From positions 248,001 through 312,000 of the forward strand of contig JAHLTZ010000018.1 of assembly GCA_025786725.1 (NCBI GenBank): DNA of 64,000 nucleotides, given 5' to 3'. The notes under the pieces were generated by a model. It saw nothing but the letters and a program-made list of their open reading frames with translations, was not told the DNA's origin and made no database searches. The translations under genes were made by a program, and so were the position numbers. Positions 46,830-62,087 of the stretch are shown piece after piece; within the stretch, counting starts at the first letter, position 1, and each line of letters opens with the position of its first letter. This stretch comes from Syncephalis fuscata S228 (lineage: Eukaryota > Fungi > Zoopagomycota).

Positions 46830-49366
46830 ATGGAAAACGAACACACCTCATTGCTACAGCCGCCCATTCATGGCAGCAATAGTAATAATATCAATGATAA
46901 CGACGAAGATGCTATTATTGAAAATAAAACAGTAAAACCATCATCAGTCTTGGATGCTACAGAACGTGACGCCTTGTTACCATCCAGCGAACGAGTAGAA
47001 AATGCTTCATGGCATAGTGACGGCACCATAAAAGACGAGGAAAGAGAAGAAGATACGATAATTGTTCGACCATGGGCATATTACATACGGGTTGTTTTAA
47101 TCGTATTCTTTGTACTTTTGTTATTTTCACTATGTAGCCTACTTTTACTTTTACTACTTGTACCTAAAGTGGCACAAAGATCCATAGAATTGGCAGAAAT
47201 CCGACTAGATAACTTGGATATGAGTGAGATGTCCACGGATAGTCTACGGTTTGTTGGACAAATGACCGTTGTTACCACCACTATTGGCTATTGGTATACA
47301 GGCCAAATAGAATCCACTGTAATGCAAGTGGTTACTAAAGCTGCCAATAAAGCTATAGGAAATATGACTGTACCTGCTATTAAATTAGATGGTAGTGGAA
47401 CTACAAGTATTCAACTGAATAGTACACTTAACATTGCTGATCAAGAAAGTATGGCCCATTTAGTTAAAGAGCTATTGGTTTATTCGCAAGTATCGCTTCA
47501 ATTACAAGGTAAAATAGCTTTATTAAGTCATGGTGTACGTCTATCCAATCTACTATTTGAGAAAACAATACCCATTCAAGGTAAATTACAGATAATCTGC
47601 CATTAGTTAGTCATCATCTAATATGTGTAGGATTGAATGGGCTTAAGAAAATGGATATCGAACAGTTGGATCTACCGCGTGATCATCCCAAAGGTGGCAT
47701 AGAAATGACCGTAACAATCAATATTGAAAATCCAGCGCAGACTGCATTACATATGCCTAGTTTAGCATTAGTTACATTTTATAATACTATACGATTATCA
47801 GAGCTATTTACATTACCATGGTCACTCTATCCAGGTACTAATTTTATTACATTTACAGGTCGACTTCTACCACAATCAGGTTCAAATATTGATCAATTGA
47901 ATCGATTTATGTCGAGTTACATGGCCGGTAATACTACTACCGTTCAGGTTCGTGGTGCTGAACATGCCACGAATGGCAGCGTTCCATGGCTTGATAAAGC
48001 ATTGCAGCAATTAACCTTACACGCCACAATACCTGGTCTACCAGGATCTAAAAGTGATTTTATCAAAAAAATATCAAAAATGGATTTGGATCTAGATTTT
48101 ACTCGACCCGATTTTGCATATCATCCGAAAATGAATGGACTAGTTATCATGCCATTACGTAAATTGCCGTTCGGATTTCCATTACAAATTGCTCAATTAG
48201 AACTTGATGTTAATTTTAAACAAAAAAATCAAGCATTTGCACACTTACACGTGCCATCTGCATTGGTAAATACTTGGAAGGAGCATGAGAGCACATTTCT
48301 TGGCTTTAATATGACTGGACGTACACTTGACGTTTTACCGGGTAGAACGGCGATATTTGAAGCATTTATGGCAGATGTGCTGTTGCAACCATCGGTCAAT
48401 CTATCGCTTAGTGGATCCAGTACAGTTAGAATGAATACAGCAGCTGGTTCTCTTACTATTTCATCGTTGCCAGTTAAATTGACTAGTAATTTACCCGGCA
48501 TGGATGGATTCCGCCATTCTCCATTAACGATATCACAATTAAGCATTGATAGCGGAACGGAGGATGAATTAACATTAGGCATGACGGTCAAGCTACTTAA
48601 TCCGACGGATATTCAATGTCGATTTCCTTGGTTAAGGCTTATTTTTGGTCCTCAAAATGAAACGTCTATTGGTGAAGTATTAACTACTAATGTTAATCTA
48701 TCGCCCGGCAATACAACACTAAAAGCGCTAGGTACTATTGCTCGTCCACAGACTAAAGAGCAACAGCAAACACTATCACAGTTTTTTGCCGATTATCTAA
48801 CCAGTGAGTTATGCTATATTGGATAGCTGTTAAGTAATATTAATTATGCTATTCTAGAGAAACATGTCATTGTCGATGTCAAAGGTCATAAAAATGCTAC
48901 AAGTGTAGCCTCATTGGTGCCTGCTCTACAGCAACTGCAAGTAACAGGGCAAATAGCCGGTCTGGGCAATGATCCATTATTACGACATGCCACCTTTCAT
49001 CTATTATGGTCTCCCGCTGTAACAATGACGATGTTTAATCCAATACCTGGAGTGAATATTACACTATGGGAGGTAGAAGCCACTGTATTTAAAGGAAACA
49101 CAACTATTGGTGGAAACCATTGGCGATTCAGTGATAATAGTACGGAAGGACTGCCTCCACCCATTAATCTACCCCCTCAGCAGGAAGTTACTACAGACTA
49201 TCTACCCGTCAAAGCTTCAGCGAATGGCTACAAACTAATACGGGAAGCAGTAGGTGGCAAGATTGTTGTAGATCTTAATATAACAAGCTCAGTTACATTG
49301 GGCGACTTTCCACTTAATATGACATGGCTACAGCAAAATGTTACTGTGGATGTCAATTGGTTTTAA
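46830..49366 (+). CDS. Type II membrane protein with repeated LEA2/DUF3712-like beta domains (Tag1-like)
   Basis: Acidic N-terminus, one long TM helix (IRVVLIVFFVLLLFSLCSLLLLLLLV), then repeated 'V.I.NP' beta-sandwich units with many N-glycosylation sequons; three exons. Confidence 0.7.
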
Positions 49367-49436
49367 ATACTCTTATTACAATAAAACAATTACAAGTATT
49401 ATTATTAATAATAATAATTTGATTTAATAACTACTA

Positions 49437-51477
49437 TTAAGCAGGAGGGAAGAAATTACTAAATAGCACAACACCGCATAAACCATAGCCTACAAAGTAC
49501 ATAAGTATGGCGCGTGACCAGAAATTAGATTGATTCCATTGACGATAAATGGCGTGATTTTCGTTTAATACACCACCATTAGTCATCGGGTTCGATAATG
49601 AAGAAGAGGGATTACCAAGTCTTAAACAGATATGAGCAGCATACCAGAATACAGTTGGCATAGAAGAAAAGAAACGAGTAATTACTTGAACATGCATACT
49701 TGTAAATCCATAAAGTAACAACACAGCCCATAAATAAATAAATGGCAAGGACCGTGGAGAGTAATAGAGCCGAGTACGTGCTAGATAGTCAGCCAGTGGT
49801 TCAGGTAGAATACCATCAACAATGGATGGATCTGTAATCGTCATAGTACGTATAGGTGGTGATGGTTCTGCCGTTGTATTAGTTGTACGGTGTCGTAATG
49901 CCTCTACTGTCGTTGAAACCATTGGTGATTCAGTTCCGTTTAGTTTAAGATTCTCTTTACTATTAATTAGTGGTTCATCTAACATAATAAATTATAATCA
50001 ATATAGTAATATAATAGCGTTAGTCTAACTACCTTGAGTAGTTATAAATCCTAAAGTTAACATTCTAATAGGATCATGCATTGTATATGCAATAATTCCC
50101 ATAGCTGACAATAAAATCATAGGAGCAGCCAATGCAAAATTGGGTAATTGTTTCTTTTCAAAATAACGTAAAAATCCACAATTCCTATATTAAATATATA
50201 TTCATATTAATACTAAATAGAATAAAATATCAGCCCAGTTACCAGTATTCGGTTTGAACAAATGAATAAAGTAGCGGTACCCGTTCTTTACACCATGGTC
50301 TTGACTGTTCACCATTACAATATTGTTGATATCCATATATTTGAAAACTGGCCATACCACTAATGACAATCACTGATAGAGCAAGTGATTTAATACATCT
50401 CGTAAATAAATACTACATATTGCCAGTATTAACATAATTAATTAGTATACTACCGATTTACCTACTTTAGTGCCCATTAAACGGGTTTGGTGTATTAATA
50501 GTTCGTAAATAAAGAATCCCACATAAATAATACCATTTGACCGAGTCAACGAACTTAAACACCAAATAAACGCCGCTAACCATAATCTATCTGTCATAAA
50601 GAGCTCCATACCTGCGAAGCTAAGTAGAGAAAATAGACTTTCTGTATATCTATACAAATGTTTGTTAGAATACCATACTATTCAATCGTTAATAGCAACG
50701 CCTACATAGAAGACATAAACATAGCCGAGGGAGCTAAACAAAATAGTGCTGCACTAAGAAAAGCAAACCGTCGATCATTAAACACTGCAATAGAAAGTCT
50801 AAGATCGGCCTATTAATACAATCCATTAATGTAGTATACTCTCTCTATCTTACCGGTAAAGAGAACAGGCCGCCAATATAAATGACAAATTAGAAATAAC
50901 AATACCCGACATCAATAATACCATACGATGACTAAGTACATAGTGTAATGGATAGAATACTATATACATCGTATTAGTATAATGCATAGTAGATGCATCC
51001 TATACATATGGCGTATGCAGGAGAAGCATCAATTAAGAGTAGAATACATACCGGTCGCCGCAAGTAGCCGCACCAATCCAGGCAGTAACGGAAAGAAGGC
51101 ATGTTCTTGTTCAAACAAATAGCCTTCCTCGGCAATATGTAAAAAGTAAAAGGCATCCCATCTTAAATAGACCGATGCAAATGGACGAATCCATGGTTCC
51201 AGTAACTTTGTGGCTATTGTCGCTGCTGTTGCTGTTGTTTCCGACGGGTGGTGGTTAAGCAATGTATCGACTGACGCGTCATAGTCACTGATATATCTAT
51301 GAGAAGCGAGAGCCAAAGAGAATATAGCCAATCTTGATGCCACGGCCAAACGTATTATCGTTCGTATAGGCGTATTAAAGGCGACAATGCTGCAGTGTCC
51401 TCTGTTCTACTTCTAAAGGTTAAAGGCCGCGCCATTTTCTTTCCTGGTGCGCCTTGGTATTTGACCGCGTTGGTCAT
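49437..51477 (-). CDS. GPI18: GPI mannosyltransferase II (Gpi18/PIG-V)
   Basis: RWDAFYFLHIAEEGYLFEQEHAFFPLLP, YTESLF, RSNG, YSFVQTEYW..GFLRYF..QLPNFALA, MHVQVITRF, FSNFFPPA*. The start is approximate because of an apparent frameshift near the 5' end. Confidence 0.93.
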
Positions 51478-51858
51478 CTTATTTACCACTATGGCGGTCA
51501 AGTAGAGTGGTTATTCTTTTATAGTAAACAAAATATAGTAATAATAGTGACAATAGTAACAATAGTAACAATATAGCCCTGTATACTAGTAGCAATCACT
51601 ATAAAGGCACCGTAGATAGTCAAAGTCAATATAAGCTTTGTAAAAAGTGGCAACTATTTAGTTGAATTGAATAAAAGATCATTTATTTTTAATGGTATCC
51701 ATGGCATATTTTCTATAATATTTTCTCCGCACTCACACAAATATTTATCTTATCAGTAGAGCAACGACGATTATTACTACAGTTACTACAGCTATTGTTA
51801 CTACTGCTGTTACTACTACTACTATAAGTATTTGAACTCAAATAGTCTATTTCTTTGT

Positions 51859-54800
51859 ATGAATACAACAGAATATGAATGTATTGAAGTGTCGGCCACC
51901 AGTTCTATAGACACAATGACTACGTCTACATTAACTGCCGATCAACATAAATGGTCAGAGTCGTCACTTAGTGCAAGAACTACCGCGACCGACGACCTAT
52001 CAGCCGAATCAACTGTTGCTAATGTAAGTATCCATAGATAAACTAGCGTATTCAACTAATGACTCTAGTATAGTCTATTGAAACAACCTCTTTAAACGAA
52101 TCAACACCACCCTGCCATGACCTATCCAACCTATCACGCTTACAAGTGATGCAATGGACACCCAATGAAGTAGCCAATTGGCTCTATAACAACATTGGTA
52201 TAGCTGAGGAGTATTCAAACTATTTCTAGAACATGAAATAGATGGTCAAACGATGTTACTTGATATTGATGAATCAAATCTTCGAGATGATTTAGGTATT
52301 AAAAAGTTGGGTATACGTAAACGTATTTATCGAGCCATTACCATGATCAAGGATCCACCACCTATTATACCGGATACTACTACTACTACTTCTACTACTA
52401 TGGAAATAGGATCAAATTCAATTGTATATCCACCTTTAAAACGACAACGATTAAATATTACAGTAGAGAATGATAGATTCTGGTCTAATGATCTCACTTC
52501 AACAATAACTATGATGGGTCCATATAATGAATCTATTATAATGAATGATAGTAAAAGCAATAGTTGTAATAACGCTTTATCCATACCTATTACTTCTCAT
52601 ACAACTACTGAATGGTTACCTTTTAAAGGATTAAAGAATCCAATTACTACAAATATACAAAGTAAAACAAATAGTAATAATGGTGGTTATAACGAGGATG
52701 GTAATGGTAATGATGATGATGATGATGATGATGAATATACAGCATTTCAATTTATACGTCGTCGTAGTAAGTTATAGTATATAAAATATTATATAAAATA
52801 GTATATATAATATATAAAAATAGAAAGTATTGTTATTAATAGTAATAATCTATTAGATACGCCTTATATTTATCAAGGTCAATCCAAGTATATTCAAGTA
52901 ATAATAGTTTAATATATGAATCGTATTTATTAACCTATTTAACTACATAGAGTTGTATGAAACGATATTTAAATGGTAAATTCAATAGTTCAACTCGGTC
53001 ATTCTCATTACCATTAAGAGAAGTAATAACCCCAGCCTCACCTACAATAATGGATCGATTCCGTGCAGTTATAGCTGATCCAGTAAATGAACAATGTTTA
53101 ATAGAAGAGTTACCAATTGAAGAAGATGTATTACCAGTAAGTACTATATATATATTATATTCATATATTCATTTATCTATCCTCATTTATCTATAGGTTT
53201 ATGGAGAGTCAGATTATTCAGATACTGAATTAGAAAATGCTTATGCCGATATAGATGATATACCACAAGTAGAAACACAAGATATAGGCTTGACAAGTAA
53301 TTATATAATGTATATAATAGACAATAATATAATAATTAATTGTTATAATTGTATAGATACATCTTTTAATTATAATTCAAAAGTTACAAATATGATTGAT
53401 GAGAAACGTAAAGATGAATTAATAAAAGAACATAGCGATAAACTGTTAACATTATGGCAATCTAAACGGTAAGTTATATATAATATATAATATAATATAA
53501 TATATATAAATATTATAAATTATGATAAATATGATAAATTATGATAATAGTCGATTACAATTGGAACGACAACAACATCGTATATATAAAGATAAATTGG
53601 ATCAATTACCAACTATTCATAGCGAATTAAAATATCTACTTACCAAGGTAATAACCATATATAATGTATAATATATAATAAAATATATAATAACCATATA
53701 TATCAATATATAATATAGAGATTACCCAAATTAATTGAAACAATCAAATATGGATCCTATTCAAGAGAAAGATTAATTATGGTGGCCTGTGGGCAATAGA
53801 TAGAACACTATTTCATATCTATGACTTGTCATGGATAGCCAGTCTACTTGCCTTACCACAAGTAAGTCATAGATATAAATACCATTATTAATATTTATAA
53901 TAGTATAATAGGCACCCCCTCGTATAATATCACCAAAAGTATTAACCACAAATCAAAAGAAGAGATCGATTAATACAACACAAGATTTAATAATAGAAGA
54001 TACTAATGATAACAACAACAACAACAACAATAATAATGATCTTTCAGATTTTATTGATGACAGTGAATTAGATGCACAAATATTCATTCCATTAAGAGAT
54101 CAAATGGAAATAGAAGATTCTACTAACAATTCAATAGAAGACTTATCATTAGCAGCATTACTATTAGATGAATTGATACAACTACCGACATTCAATCCAA
54201 TATTATCTACTACAACAAATATAGATACAGATACAGATACAAGATACAAATATAGATACAAATATAGATACAGTTGATACAGATACAGTTAATATAAATA
54301 CATCATCCATTGATCATCATTCTACGTTTAATCAAATTATTGTTGATGATGATGATGATGTCAATATGAATAGTAATAGTAACAATATATCAACTGAACC
54401 ATTAGAAGATATAATAGTAACAACAGCCAATTATGTTGATATATCATCGGCATCTTCATCGGCATCTTCATCGCCTCATCTATCGCCTATTAAAACACCA
54501 AGACCACCTATATCAACTATAAGCGTATATCTCGTTCAAATAATCATACACACAATCATCTCCTTCAATATTGAATAGAAATAGATCAACGACCGTTAAT
54601 ATAACTCAATCCAATAGTACTTTAAATACATCAACACTATCATTAGCATCGGGTATCGGCTCACTTCCTTATAACAATATTGAGACAACTATTGGTTGGA
54701 CTGACGAGATTGCTGAGAGAACAGTTAAGAATACTGGTCGTCCACGTACACGTATTCCTTCATCAATTCGTCGATCAGTGCGTAGTTATCTTGATTTACC

Positions 54801-57800
54801 TTGTGAAAGTAAGTTATCAACACAAATATATAGATATCTATATATACTAATATACAAATAGATCTATTTCTAGAATGGAGAATCTTGCTCGATGGAGTGC
54901 CTTTCAAGGCAATACACTCCGTCCACCTGGTAGTCATTCAAATGAAAGTGTAAAGTAGGTTTATGTTTGTATCAATAGTATTGATGTTAATATCTATATA
55001 GTAATATAGATGTACCTTTAAAGTGGCTATTTCATGATTATTGTCACTGGATTAGACATCATTCAACATCTATTAATTCATCTGAATCTGAATCTCTACT
55101 ATTACAACCAAGTATTCGTAACTGGTTAACTATAGATCTATTTAGACAGTTTCAACAATGGAGAGTCACCCATGTAGATGATACACATACCGATGAGTAA
55201 CCATTAGAACTGATCGGTAAATAGAATGAATATAAATAGAAAATATGATAATTAAAATATTAGATCTAATCAATTAATGGCTGCCATTAATAATAATAAT
55301 AATAATAACAATACAACAACGATAATAGCCGATAAACCATTTATTGTTAAAACCATTCCTTCTACTATTTCTACTTCTACTTCCACTTCTACTATTGAAT
55401 CACCTATACTTTTATGGCCTATACTTTGTAAACCACGTCAAAATCATTCTATAGATCATTCTATAGATCATTCTATATCAAATATGCCCTCTTCGCTTCC
55501 CTCTCCTCCAATTACTACTAATATGAGTGTTGATACTCATCATTCTACTCCATTGATTAGAGATGAAGATATAACAAGTAATCTATCTGATTCATTAACT
55601 ATATCCTATATGAATGATATTCATTTAACGCCATCTTCCCCACCTACTATAGATAATAATCTACATACATTGAATACAACAAAAAATACAGATACAGATA
55701 CAGATACACCATTATTATTTACACCTACTATAAATAATGTACCTTCTAATGCACCAATACAAGGTAGACGTAATATTAGGCCAATTTATAAAGAATCAAC
55801 AACAGCTCGTATGATTCGACGTAATATTACTAAAAAGAATAAGGATATTGAACATAGAATGTAAGTAGAAGAATAGTTATACTGATTATAATTAAACCTA
55901 TTTTAGTAAATCATCTTATGATACAGATCAAGTAAATAACAATAATGTTGATATTAATATATTAATATATTAATATGTTGTTAATAGATGTTAATAATTA
56001 ATTGGGGTCATAATGATGATGAATCACCTATTTATATACCTCAATTTCTCGGTGTACATTTAAAACCACATCAAGTAAGATCATAAATATTATATTAATT
56101 ACATTAATTAATAGATTAACTATTGGTTATCATAGATGAGTGGTATAAGATTTCTATGGCGTAGTGTTATGATGCAACCCATTAATGGCTGTGTACTTGC
56201 CCATTGTATGGGATTAGGCAAATCATTACAAGTAATTACCCTTATCTATACTTATATGCAATGTTTATCAATGATGTCAGACCAAGTACCTAAAGAACTT
56301 TGTGTATGTTTCTAGTATTTATTATTAGTGGTATATATATTGGATAGATGTACTAACTGGAATATAGGATGGTCGAGTGGTTATTGTATGTCCACCAACA
56401 GTTATGAATAATTGGATTAAGGAATTCTCTCAGTGGATTCCATCTGATCAACGGTCCATTTTACGTGGTCTCTATACCATTGGTAATTAGTTGATTGATT
56501 AATTGACCTTGAATGGATATACTAATGGTTATTATAGGTGAATCTAGTATGCGATTAGTAAAGTTGAATAGTATTGATCATTGGTTCCGTAATGGTGGTG
56601 TTAGTAAGTACTAATAGGTTATGTATAGATAATGGATAGTAGTTAATATAGATAATAGTGCTTGTTAGTTATCAGTTCTATCGTGACTTTGTTATGAATG
56701 TACGTCATTTGAATGATCAGACTGAGCAGTCAATGGTATCAAGGGCATTTCTTGATCCAGGCCCATCTATTATTATTGCCGATGAAGGACATACAATTAA
56801 GAATCCACGGGTATGTATCGATATTGTTATTAATAGTGAAGATTATTAATTATGAGCAATACAGACTATGATATCGAATGTATTTCAACAAGTGATAACC
56901 AAAGCACGTATTTGTCTTACTGGATCACCATTACAAAATGGTTTAGTAAGTAATGTCTATATTTATATCTATTAATTATATCTATTAATTATTAATGAAT
57001 AAATGAATAGGAAGAGTATTGGTGTATGGTGGATTGGGTTTGTCCAAACTATTTGGGTCAACTTGAAGATTTCCGTAATCAATATATTAATCCTATTAAT
57101 AATGGATTATTTCATGATAGTACACCGGCTGATACAAAGGTAGGTTAATAGTATTTAATAGTAATAATATTAATGGATATCCATATTAATATCAATATTT
57201 ATATAGTTATCGAGAACAATGTTATTTGTACTTGTGGGTCTATTAAAGGCTATTGTATTAAGGTAGCTATTATACTATTTATATTAATATAGATATTGAC
57301 GAATAAATTGATTAGAAAGGATGCAGGGACACTGAGAAGAGAATTGCCACCACTTTATGAATTTGTTATTTCCTCAAAGCTTTCATCTTTACAGTATGCT
57401 GCTTATTGTGTAATTATTGAATATTAGTATAGCTATTGGATATTGGTTAATGTTGATAATAATGTTGTTAATTAGGCATTCTTACTTGAAAAGAACAAGA
57501 CAGGTGCTGTTTTATTTCAACAATATCAAGCACTATTACGTATATGTAATCATCCATTTATTGCTCAGGTATTTGATATTAATATATTTATTAATTATAA
57601 TGATTAATGTTTATACTTAGACGGTGAGAGATCAGTTGATTGTTAAACGAATAGAACATGCCAAATTGAATTCAAATACATCTCCATCATCAAATACACC
57701 ACTAATAATGGAAGAAGAGGAAGAAGAGGATTTAGGAGCCAATATAATATCTGCATTTCGTACTAGTAGTTCTGAGTAAGTGTAGTATTTATAAAGTATT

Positions 57801-59289
57801 TATTTTAACCATATAACCATATTATAATTAGACAAGATTTTGGATTAGGAGATCATTGGATGAAGACAACCATTGATATGCAACCAGGTAATAATTAATA
57901 TAATATAATACTAATCAATATAATTAATACTAATCAATATAATTAATACAATTGTTATATAGATATCCATTCTATTAGACATAGCAATAAGATGCTAATT
58001 CTTATGTCTATTGTCGTATCTTGTCGATCAGTTAGAGATAAAGTATTAATATTTTCTCGTAGTATTCCTACATTAGGTAAATATACTAGCAATAGTAATA
58101 ATAGATGATGCCCTCTAATGATATGTATAGATTATATTGGTCGATGTTTAACCTATTATAAAATTGGCTATTTTAGACTTGATGGACAAACAAAGATGGC
58201 TGTAAGCTACGTGTAATATTGCATACAAGTACTAATAAAGTATTAGGATCGACAATCTATGATTGATTCATTTAATACTCATAGTAAAGAAGATGTATTT
58301 CTAGTATCTATCAATGTAGGTCATGGATGAATATACAAATAGACTATATGTAATAAATAAGAATAGTCTGGATCATTAGGTGTTAATATGATTGCTGCCA
58401 ATCGAGTCATTCTTGTTGATTTAGGATGGAATCCAAGGTAATTAATATAGTCTGTTATTATTATTATTATTATTAACTAACTATACTTGCTATAATATGA
58501 TATGTATAGTCATGATGAACAAGCAGTAGCACGGGTAATAACATTAATAGTATAATAGCATTGATATTTAACTATTTAACTATTTAACTATTTAACTATT
58601 TAACTGTTTAACTGTTTAACTATTTACTATAGGCATATCGATATGGTCAACGGAAACCGGTATATGTTTATCGACTTCATAATTATGGTACTTGGGAAGA
58701 TAAAATGTATAAGAATAACATACATAAGATTGGACTGGCTCAGTAAGTAATTGATATTTATTGTTTATTGTTTATTGTTTATTGTTTATTATTTATTTAC
58801 AATTAACGACTCAATATAGTCGAGTGATTGATCAACGTAATCCGGATAAACATTTTACTCGTAAAGAAATATCAACCTATTTTACTATGCCACCTTCTAA
58901 TGTACCAACTTATTTGGATGAAAAGACATTTGAAGAAGAGGATAGAGTGTTGGCCACCGTGTTAAGTCGGTTAGTACAATAAACTAGGAGTAGAGTAGTT
59001 ATATATATATAGTAATTAACATGTATTATTTAGACACCGTGATGTTATTGTAGATATCAGTACACAAGCATCATTATGGCGTGAAATGGAGGAACAACTT
59101 TCTGAAGAAGAAATGGCCATGGCCCATAAACTAATTGAACAAGAAGGTGAACGGGTTATGGAAGATGGATCTAAAAGGACCGAATCATCTACCATTAACA
59201 CACCACCGGCTATAGTGACTGAAACAATAGAAGAGATAGCTTCTACTACTACTTCTAGTTCTACTAATAACACTACTACACTTGAATAG
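51859..59289 (+). CDS. ATRX/Rad54-like SNF2 ATPase with N-terminal SAM domain (many introns, some apparent frameshifts)
   Basis: SAM: WTPNEVANWL..EHEIDGQTMLL.ID..NLRDDLGIKKLGIRKRI. Helicase: LKPHQ, GCVLAHCMGLGKSLQVI, IADEGHTIKN, LTGSPLQN..EEYWCMV, GSLGVNMIAANRVIL.D..WNP.HDEQAVARAYRYGQ. Joining the two halves into one gene is inferred. Confidence 0.8.
58565..58625. repeat. Intronic 8-mer microsatellite (TTTAACTA)n
   Basis: About 7 tandem copies inside an intron of the SNF2 gene. Confidence 0.8.
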
Positions 59290-59627
59290 CATAGCATTGT
59301 ATACATATATTAATAAACTATATTACAAACAGTATTCATTCCAAACTATCTTTACTAGAATTAAAATAATGATCAAAATTGTCAAAAGGCATTATTAAAC
59401 GCATTACATGATTGAATGTAGCGCTAGTATGATAAATAAAGTGTGTGTGTGTGTTGATTGCAAGACAATAATAAATCAATTCAGATTTATAAAGAATCAC
59501 TAGTAGAGTATTGGAATAATAATAGAATAGAATAGTAGAATAGTAATATAGAAAGACGAACGCAAAAGAAAAAGGAAATTGCTGTAATGCTATGTAATAA
59601 AGGGCAGTATTTCATCAAAATGATTAA

Positions 59628-61114
59628 TTACTGACTAGAAGATGCTATAGGTCCTACATTCCTGGATGAATGTAGTGATGACTGTGATGGCTGATAAGTA
59701 ATACGGCGATTGTATGGCACAGGCACTCTTTGCATTGCCTCATCAGCAAGGGCATCAGCTGGAATATTCTGAACACAGAATAGACAAGGTGCACAACAAC
59801 AAGTACAACAGAATAGCATCGATAAAACGATAAATACCGGCACAAATACAACAGCCATACTTCTATCGGCGGGATTCTGTAACTTTTCTACCAACATACC
59901 GATAAATGCATATATCAAGGTAGATGCTACAATAAACAGTATACCAAGCGTTATAAAAAGAGAAAGACCTTGCGCACGTGATTCAGCATGATCCACCATA
60001 CGAAGACGTAGACCGGCCACGGTAAATAGTAAAATGTAGCGAATACCTGCCAAATAGGCTGGAATGAAGACCACGCCCCAACTAGAAGTGAGTGGTCCAT
60101 CGATTTTCACGACAATTAAAATGGCCAGTGATAGTCGAATACACCACCACCAGAAAGTATTGGCCACAACAAGTGCTTCTAGCAAATGACGTTTACGTCC
60201 TTCCATGGTGCATTCGTCGTAGGATCCACACTAGGAATGGTGCGAATCTCGGCCAATGTCGCCAGAATATTACTAAATCCATTGATAGCCTCTAGTATCC
60301 AGTAGGGGAAGAATACGGCACCGGCCGACCAAGTAATGCGCTGATCTTCTCGTAACACAATAAGCAGTTGGAAGATAAAGCATAGGAACAAGTAGGCCGA
60401 AACGAAAATACCCCGTTGACGAGCGGCCCGTTCACGTCGTTCCTGCTTTGATTCACGCTTAGTGCCGGCTGAGTGTTCAGTGCCATGACTTGATCCGGTT
60501 TCACTAGGCTTTTGTTGTGGATGTGGTTCGTCATCGTCATCGTCATCGTCATCATCGATACCTGATGCGGTTAATGAGGTTTTAAATGCTAATGGTACGA
60601 GCCAGAATAGCAATACAGCATCAAGTAGCCATAGTGGAATAAATACGACACCCCATGACCAATTTGACTTGCCATCCACTTGGACTGACAATAAAGCACA
60701 GAAAATGATAAGTAGTCCAGTTAGTAGACTAGTGGCAAAGAAGCATCGACACAGTAAAGCCGAGTAGTCAGGATCGAATAGAATGCCTACGGGTGTGCCA
60801 ATCATTTGTAGACCAAATTCACCATATCGATCATAGACAGAGCGTTTCTTACGATCACTCAATACTTCATAAGCATGATTGATGGCCTTGAACTAAATAG
60901 ATTGTATAAGTATATATAGATATAGACATGTGTATATGTATATGTATATAGTATTACTTACTTGATCTGCAGCACCGGGATTTTTATCTGGATGGTAGCG
61001 TAGAGCTAAACGGCGATAGGATCGTCTAATTTCCTCATCTGTAGCATCTCTTGCTACCTCCAACGTAGCATATAGTGCCTGAGTATTGAAACGTGCCTGA
61101 TCTGCCCCTTCCAT
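59628..61114 (-). CDS. DnaJ (HPD) domain fused to a multi-pass TMEM185/FAM11-like membrane domain (one apparent frameshift near 60205)
   Basis: [52 protein letters not shown]; repeated 'VDG...[11 protein letters not shown]' TM units; Cys-rich [12 protein letters not shown] tail. Confidence 0.82.
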
Positions 61115-62087
61115 TCTTGATACAATAGATCTTTTACGGGAATAAAATGATACGGTTGTTTAAGGGGTTTATACTATTAATGGATAAGTAGATAGTATTG
61201 TGTGTGTGTGTGGAAGTGAATATGTGTGTAGAAGTGAGTGTAAAAAGCCAAATAATAGACGCGAACCGGTATAATAGACACACCAGTTATGTTTCCAATC
61301 AGAAATACGAAGCGTTAAAAGATGTAAACGCTGAATACTAAATATAAATAGTTGAATAATAAAACAAATACTATCTGATTAGTATACTATTTAAATAGAT
61401 AACTGTATATTATAACGATGTCAATGTATGTGGGTCAGTGCGAAGAAGACTGAACATTAAAGTGTCGGAAGTCATCAGATCCCAATCCAACAAAATAGAA
61501 CAAGTCTCTACTTACCCACTGTATCTCAGTATAGAGTGTCTTTATCTATACTGACTAATAAGCTGAAGGTGTACAGTTAAGTGTACAGCGTATCTGCTTA
61601 TATATTGTATATATATATTATATATATATTGTATATATGTAGGTGGGTGTGGTGTGCAGAAAGAGGCAGTATCAATGATGTATGGAGAAATGATAAAGAA
61701 GAAGAGAGGGAAGGAAAAAACGCAATGCAATCATTTATAATTGTAATAATATTGATATTCATCATTAGAAACAATCTCATACAAAACACGTTATGCCATA
61801 AATGACCGATTTACCTTTGTTGTAATAGGTAACACCATTTTAATGCAGTTCTACATGGCAGTTGATGAGGAAGAGAGAGAGAGAGAGAGAAACGATGACC
61901 AATTCGATTCAATTATCACATAATACAAGTAAATGGTTTTATTCATATACTATATAATGTATAATTATAATATAAAGATATAATTAATATTTTATCTAAA
62001 TGTATTTACATTATTAAGTAGTAAAGTATAGTTTCTTTTCTTTTACACTTTATATCCATTAGTACTCTTTGCTAGTCTTTTGCTAAT

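Noticed and set aside
61542-61805. Three overlapping short ORFs upstream of MFAP1
   Set aside because: They derive from (TA)n and (GA)n low-complexity promoter DNA.
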